A program made the position numbers and the translations under genes. A stretch of DNA of 63,896 bases, the filler included. It is 8 parts of 8 records of this genome, joined end to end, with 100 filler letters (N's around TTAATTAATTAA, not from the genome) between each part and the next. Parts side by side here need not be neighbours in the genome. Positions count along the whole stretch, not along the records: positions 60,442 to 63,896 come from SRR20825010_880; 7 more parts are not named here. The stretch is one strand, 5' to 3'. The notes under the pieces are model-generated. The model saw only the letters and a list, made by a program, of their open reading frames with translations, made no database searches and was not told where the DNA came from. Below are positions 60,342-63,896 of this stretch, piece after piece. Each line of letters opens with the position of its first letter. Positions within the stretch are counted from its first letter, which is position 1.

Positions 60342-60441
60342 NNNNNNNNNNNNNNNNNNNNNNNNNNNNNNNNNNNNNNNNNNNNTTAATTAATTAANNN
60401 NNNNNNNNNNNNNNNNNNNNNNNNNNNNNNNNNNNNNNNNN

Positions 60442-61137
60442 TTCGCCTCTCAGGCAGAGTTGCATACCATTGTCGATGCCGGCAGGGACTTTGATTTCCA
60501 GTGTCGTTTCTTGTGCGACGCGACCCTCTCCACGGCAGTCCGAACACTTTTCGACGATGACTTTGCCAGCCCCACGACATCGGGGACAGGTCGTCTGTAC
60601 CCGGAAAAATCCCTGTGACTGCACGACCTGGCCGGCACCGCCGCAGTAATCGCATTCATCTGGCTCTGTACCCGGTTTGGCACCTGAGCCATGGCAGGTA
60701 TCGCATACTTCCTGTCGATTGATATGGATTTCCCGTTCACAGCCTGCTGCAGCATCCAGCAGATCGATTTGCAGGCTGGTTCTCAGGCTTTCACCCTGTC
60801 GCGGACGGTTGCCGCCGCGTTGCGATGAATTCCGGAAACCGAAGCCCTCAAACAGGTCTCCAAACGCACTGAAGATATCGGAAACATCATGGAACTGACT
60901 GGCGCCTGCGCCGAAATCAGCGTGTCCATAGCGATCATAGTGGGCGCGTTTTTTATCGTCACCCAGTACTTCGAATGCTTCCGCAGCTTCTTTGAAACGT
61001 TTAATGGCTTCTTCATCGCCCGGGTTGCGATCCGGGTGATTGGCCAGCGCCAGTTTCTTGTACGCTTTTTTAATTTCAACGGTGGTCACTTCGCGCGATA
61101 CGCCGAGAATTTCATAATAATCGCGTTTCGATGCCAT
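60442..61137 (-). CDS. dnaJ: Chaperone DnaJ (3'-truncated)
   Basis: [14 protein letters not shown]-domain, four CxxCxGxG repeats. Confidence 0.96.
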
Positions 61138-61228
61138 AAATCACAACTCGTCGTATATCTAGAAGGTTTTGAATCAGACCATGTCCGCTCTGGTCAGATT
61201 CTTGCTATTCTCGTTCTAATCAGAACTG

Positions 61229-61262
61229 AAAAAAACGGGCCACCATTTTACGGCGGCCCGTC
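61229..61262 (-). terminator. Probable intrinsic terminator between groEL and dnaJ
   Basis: Minus strand ACGGGCCGCC...GGTGGCCCGTTTTTTT. Confidence 0.7.
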
Positions 61263-61320
61263 TGTTATCACAATGTTTCTCCTGAATTCCAGTTATATAG
61301 AACTCAGTCTGTGTCAGAAA

Positions 61321-62940
61321 CTATCGAACACTACCTTCGACGTCAGCCAGCTTTTTACCTTCAGTGCTGTCACTGCGGGTGACAAGTACCTGGGTGGTCA
61401 GCATCAGGCCGGCAATCGAGGCGGCATTTTTCAGGGCGTTTTTCACGACCTTGGCCGGATCAATAATTCCTGCTTTGAACATGTCGACGTATTCGCCAGT
61501 GTTGGCATTATAACCTTTGGAGCCAGTCAGTTGTTTGACTTCATCGGCGACAACAGCACCATCTGTTCCGCAGTTTTCTGCGATCTGTCGAATGGGGCCT
61601 TCAAGAGCACGGGCAACGATGTTGATGCCAATTTTCTCGTCGTCGTTTTTGCCTTTGACTTTTTCAACGGCTTCAATGGATCGCAGCAGAGCAACACCAC
61701 CACCGGGGAGAATGCCTTCTTCGACAGCAGCACGAGTGGCATGCAGAGCATCTTCCATGCGGGCTTTTGTCTGTTTCATTTCGGTTTCAGTTGCTGCACC
61801 GACAGAAATGATGGCAACGCCACCAGTCAGTTTTGCCAGACGTTCCTGGTATTTTTCACGATCATATTCACTTTCAGTTTTCTGCAGCTGTCCGCGGATC
61901 TGAGCGACCCGAGCTTGCAGTGCATCTGTTTTTCCGGCACCTTCAATCAGGGTGCAGGAATCTTTCGTAATCTCAATCTGCTTGGCCTGACCCAGTTGGG
62001 CCAGTTCCACTGATTCCAGTTTGATGCCCAGATCTTCAGAAATGACTGTTCCACCGGTCAGCACAGCGATGTCTGCCAGCATGGCTTTGCGTCGATCGCC
62101 AAAACCAGGAGCTTTGACGGCAGCAATGTTAAGAACGCCACGAAGTTTGTTGACGACCAGAGCTGTCAGTGGTTCGCCTTCAACGTCTTCAGCAATAATC
62201 AACAATGGTTTTCCTGTCTGAGAAACTTTTTCCAGCAGAGGAACCAGATCGCGCAGAGCAGAGATTTTGGATTCGTGAATCAGAATATAGCAGTCTTCCA
62301 GAATGCACTTCATGCCTTCCGTATCAGTGACAAAGTAAGGCGAAATATATCCTTTGTCGAACTGCATCCCGTCTGCGAAAGTCAGGGTTGTTTCATTTCC
62401 TTTACCTTCTTCAACGGTGATCACTCCGTCACGGCCAACTTTTTCAACGGCGTCGGCAATCAGGTTGCCGATCACGCTGTCATTGTTGGCTGAGATCGCT
62501 CCAACCTGAGCAATTTCTGCCTTTTCGGTAACAGGCTTGGCCAGTGCTTCGATCGCAGCGACAGCAGCTTCAACTGCTTTGTCAATTCCCCGACGAACGA
62601 TCATGGGGTTTGCTCCCAGAGATAAGCCACGCAGGCCTTCCTGGTAGATGGAGCGGGCTAAAACGGTAGCAGTCGTTGTACCATCACCGGCAACATCGCT
62701 GGTTTTGGTTGCAACTTCGTTGACCAGTTTCGCACCCATGTTTTCGAACGGGTCTTCGAGTTCAACTTCTTTACTGACTGTAACACCGTCTTTGGTCACC
62801 AGGGGGTTGCCAAAATTTTTATCGATGATCACGTTGCGTCCCGTGGGACCCATGGTGATGGCTACAGCGTCGCTGATAGTTTGCACGCCTTTTTGCAGCT
62901 TGGCACGTGCGCGATCTTCAAACAATAGTTGCTTTGCCAC
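61321..62940 (-). CDS. groEL: Chaperonin GroEL (paralog lacking the GGM tail)
   Basis: [33 protein letters not shown]. Confidence 0.97.
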   Translation of the reverse strand: MAKQLLFEDRARAKLQKGVQTISDAVAITMGPTGRNVIIDKNFGNPLVTKDGVTVSKEVELEDPFENMGAKLVNEVATKTSDVAGDGTTTATVLARSIYQEGLRGLSLGANPMIVRRGIDKAVEAAVAAIEALAKPVTEKAEIAQVGAISANNDSVIGNLIADAVEKVGRDGVITVEEGKGNETTLTFADGMQFDKGYISPYFVTDTEGMKCILEDCYILIHESKISALRDLVPLLEKVSQTGKPLLIIAEDVEGEPLTALVVNKLRGVLNIAAVKAPGFGDRRKAMLADIAVLTGGTVISEDLGIKLESVELAQLGQAKQIEITKDSCTLIEGAGKTDALQARVAQIRGQLQKTESEYDREKYQERLAKLTGGVAIISVGAATETEMKQTKARMEDALHATRAAVEEGILPGGGVALLRSIEAVEKVKGKNDDEKIGINIVARALEGPIRQIAENCGTDGAVVADEVKQLTGSKGYNANTGEYVDMFKAGIIDPAKVVKNALKNAASIAGLMLTTQVLVTRSDSTEGKKLADVEGSVR

Positions 62941-63100
62941 GCTTATAAACTCCTCTGTTTAACAGGAATGAACATTCAATCGGATTGCTCCGTTCTCCCC
63001 TGCGTGAATTGTGATTGATTAAAATTCTCGAAGCAGACAGAGAAAGAGTTGAGTTTTACAATTCATTTCTCTGTCCGAATGGTCCGATTCAGTACGTTCT

Positions 63101-63391
63101 TTACTTGATAATTTTAGCAAGAATGTCACTTTCCCGCAGGATCTTGACGTCTTTACCACTGACTTCGATATCGGTTCCGCCGTATTTGCCGTAGAGAACT
63201 TCATCACCGACTTCAACAGCAACCGGGCAACGCTCGCCACTTTCCAGAAGACGTCCCGGTCCTACAGCGATTACAGTACCGCTCTGTGGTTTTTCCTGAG
63301 CTGTGTCAGGCAGAACAATCCCACCAGCAGTTGTTTCTTCTGCAACATTGGGTTCAATCACGATACGGTCATCAAGAGGATTCAGTTCCAT
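63101..63391 (-). CDS. groES: Co-chaperonin GroES
   Basis: [37 protein letters not shown]. Confidence 0.97.
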   Translation of the reverse strand: MELNPLDDRIVIEPNVAEETTAGGIVLPDTAQEKPQSGTVIAVGPGRLLESGERCPVAVEVGDEVLYGKYGGTDIEVSGKDVKILRESDILAKIIK

Positions 63392-63543
63392 TATGTTAAC
63401 TCCCAAGTATTCCAATTAGTCTGGTTGTATGTGTGATTCCGGGAGCAGTTCCCGGAAATAATTTGTCTCTTCTTGTTTTAGTCAGGATCCGGTGAAGGTC
63501 CTGTTGCCATACTCTTGCATCAGAAGAGGATGGCGATGGTGAC

Positions 63544-63896
63544 TTAGAAGCCACCCATGCCGGGCATGCCGCCCATTCCAGGCATACCACCACCCATTCC
63601 AGGCATACCGCCCATACCACCCATGTCGTGGTGGTCATCATGGTGGTGATCGTCTTCTTCGTCCTTGGGTTCTTCGACAACGATGGAATCGGTTGTCATC
63701 AGCAGGCAGGCAACACTGGATGCATTCTGCAGTGTGGAACGAACGACTTTAGCCGGGTCCACGACACCAAATTCAAACATGTCGCCATAACGGTCATTCA
63801 AAGCATCGTAACCGTAGGAGCTGCTCTTGTCTTTTTTAACACGATTGGCAACAACAGAACCATCCTGTCCTGCATTTTCGGCAATGGCCCGCAGTG
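63544..63896 (-). CDS. groEL: Second GroEL paralog, C-terminal fragment with His/Asp + GGM tail
   Basis: [20 protein letters not shown]...[25 protein letters not shown]...F*. Confidence 0.92.
   Translation of the reverse strand, partial: LRAIAENAGQDGSVVANRVKKDKSSSYGYDALNDRYGDMFEFGVVDPAKVVRSTLQNASSVACLLMTTDSIVVEEPKDEEDDHHHDDHHDMGGMGGMPGMGGGMPGMGGMPGMGGF

Noticed and set aside
60889-62013. 374-aa plus-strand ORF spanning dnaJ/groEL
   Set aside because: Antisense to two conserved genes; typical shadow ORF.
62941-63543. CIRCE operator near groES/groEL
   Set aside because: No TTAGCACTC-N9-GAGTGCTAA match in the visible intergenic regions.
63548-63625. Tandem repeats such as CCCATTCCAGGCATACC
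   Set aside because: They encode the GroEL GGM tail.

Overview
The window is not one locus. It is eight unrelated contigs joined by artificial 100-nt linkers (44 N + TTAATTAATTAA + 44 N); taxa below are inferred from gene content and composition only. (1) 1-8187, betaproteobacterial: TauE, MCP, 4-TM holin-family protein, methyltransferase, hybrid kinase with a binding protein, outer-membrane barrel, desaturase end. (2) 8288-15777, Bacteroidota: topoisomerase IV parE/parC region. (3) 15878-22657, Flavobacteriaceae-like heavy-metal cluster (HYC_CC_PP, CusA-type RND, TolC, multicopper oxidase). (4) 22758-29663, Bacteroidota: YHS/ATP-grasp/DoxX/DinB/TonB receptor and a two-component end. (5) 29764-44461, Rhodopirellula-like planctomycete: sigma-70, devABC, uxs, panC, flagellin, fliS, sulfatase, 3' end of a group II intron. 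(6) 44562-51779, AT-rich Flavobacteriaceae-like: short co-oriented unrelated genes separated by a family of ~140-nt structured repeats, then HTH-hsdR-hsdS. (7) 51880-60341, gammaproteobacterial tRNA-Met-rimP-nusA-infB-rbfA-truB-rpsO-pnp. (8) 60442-63896, planctomycete groEL-groES-groEL-dnaJ. The best candidate for an undescribed system is contig 6: an integron-like gene-cassette array whose repeats fold better on the bottom strand, include one chimaeric copy, and bracket one gene with complementary ends. No recombinase is visible in the window, so the mechanism is inference.
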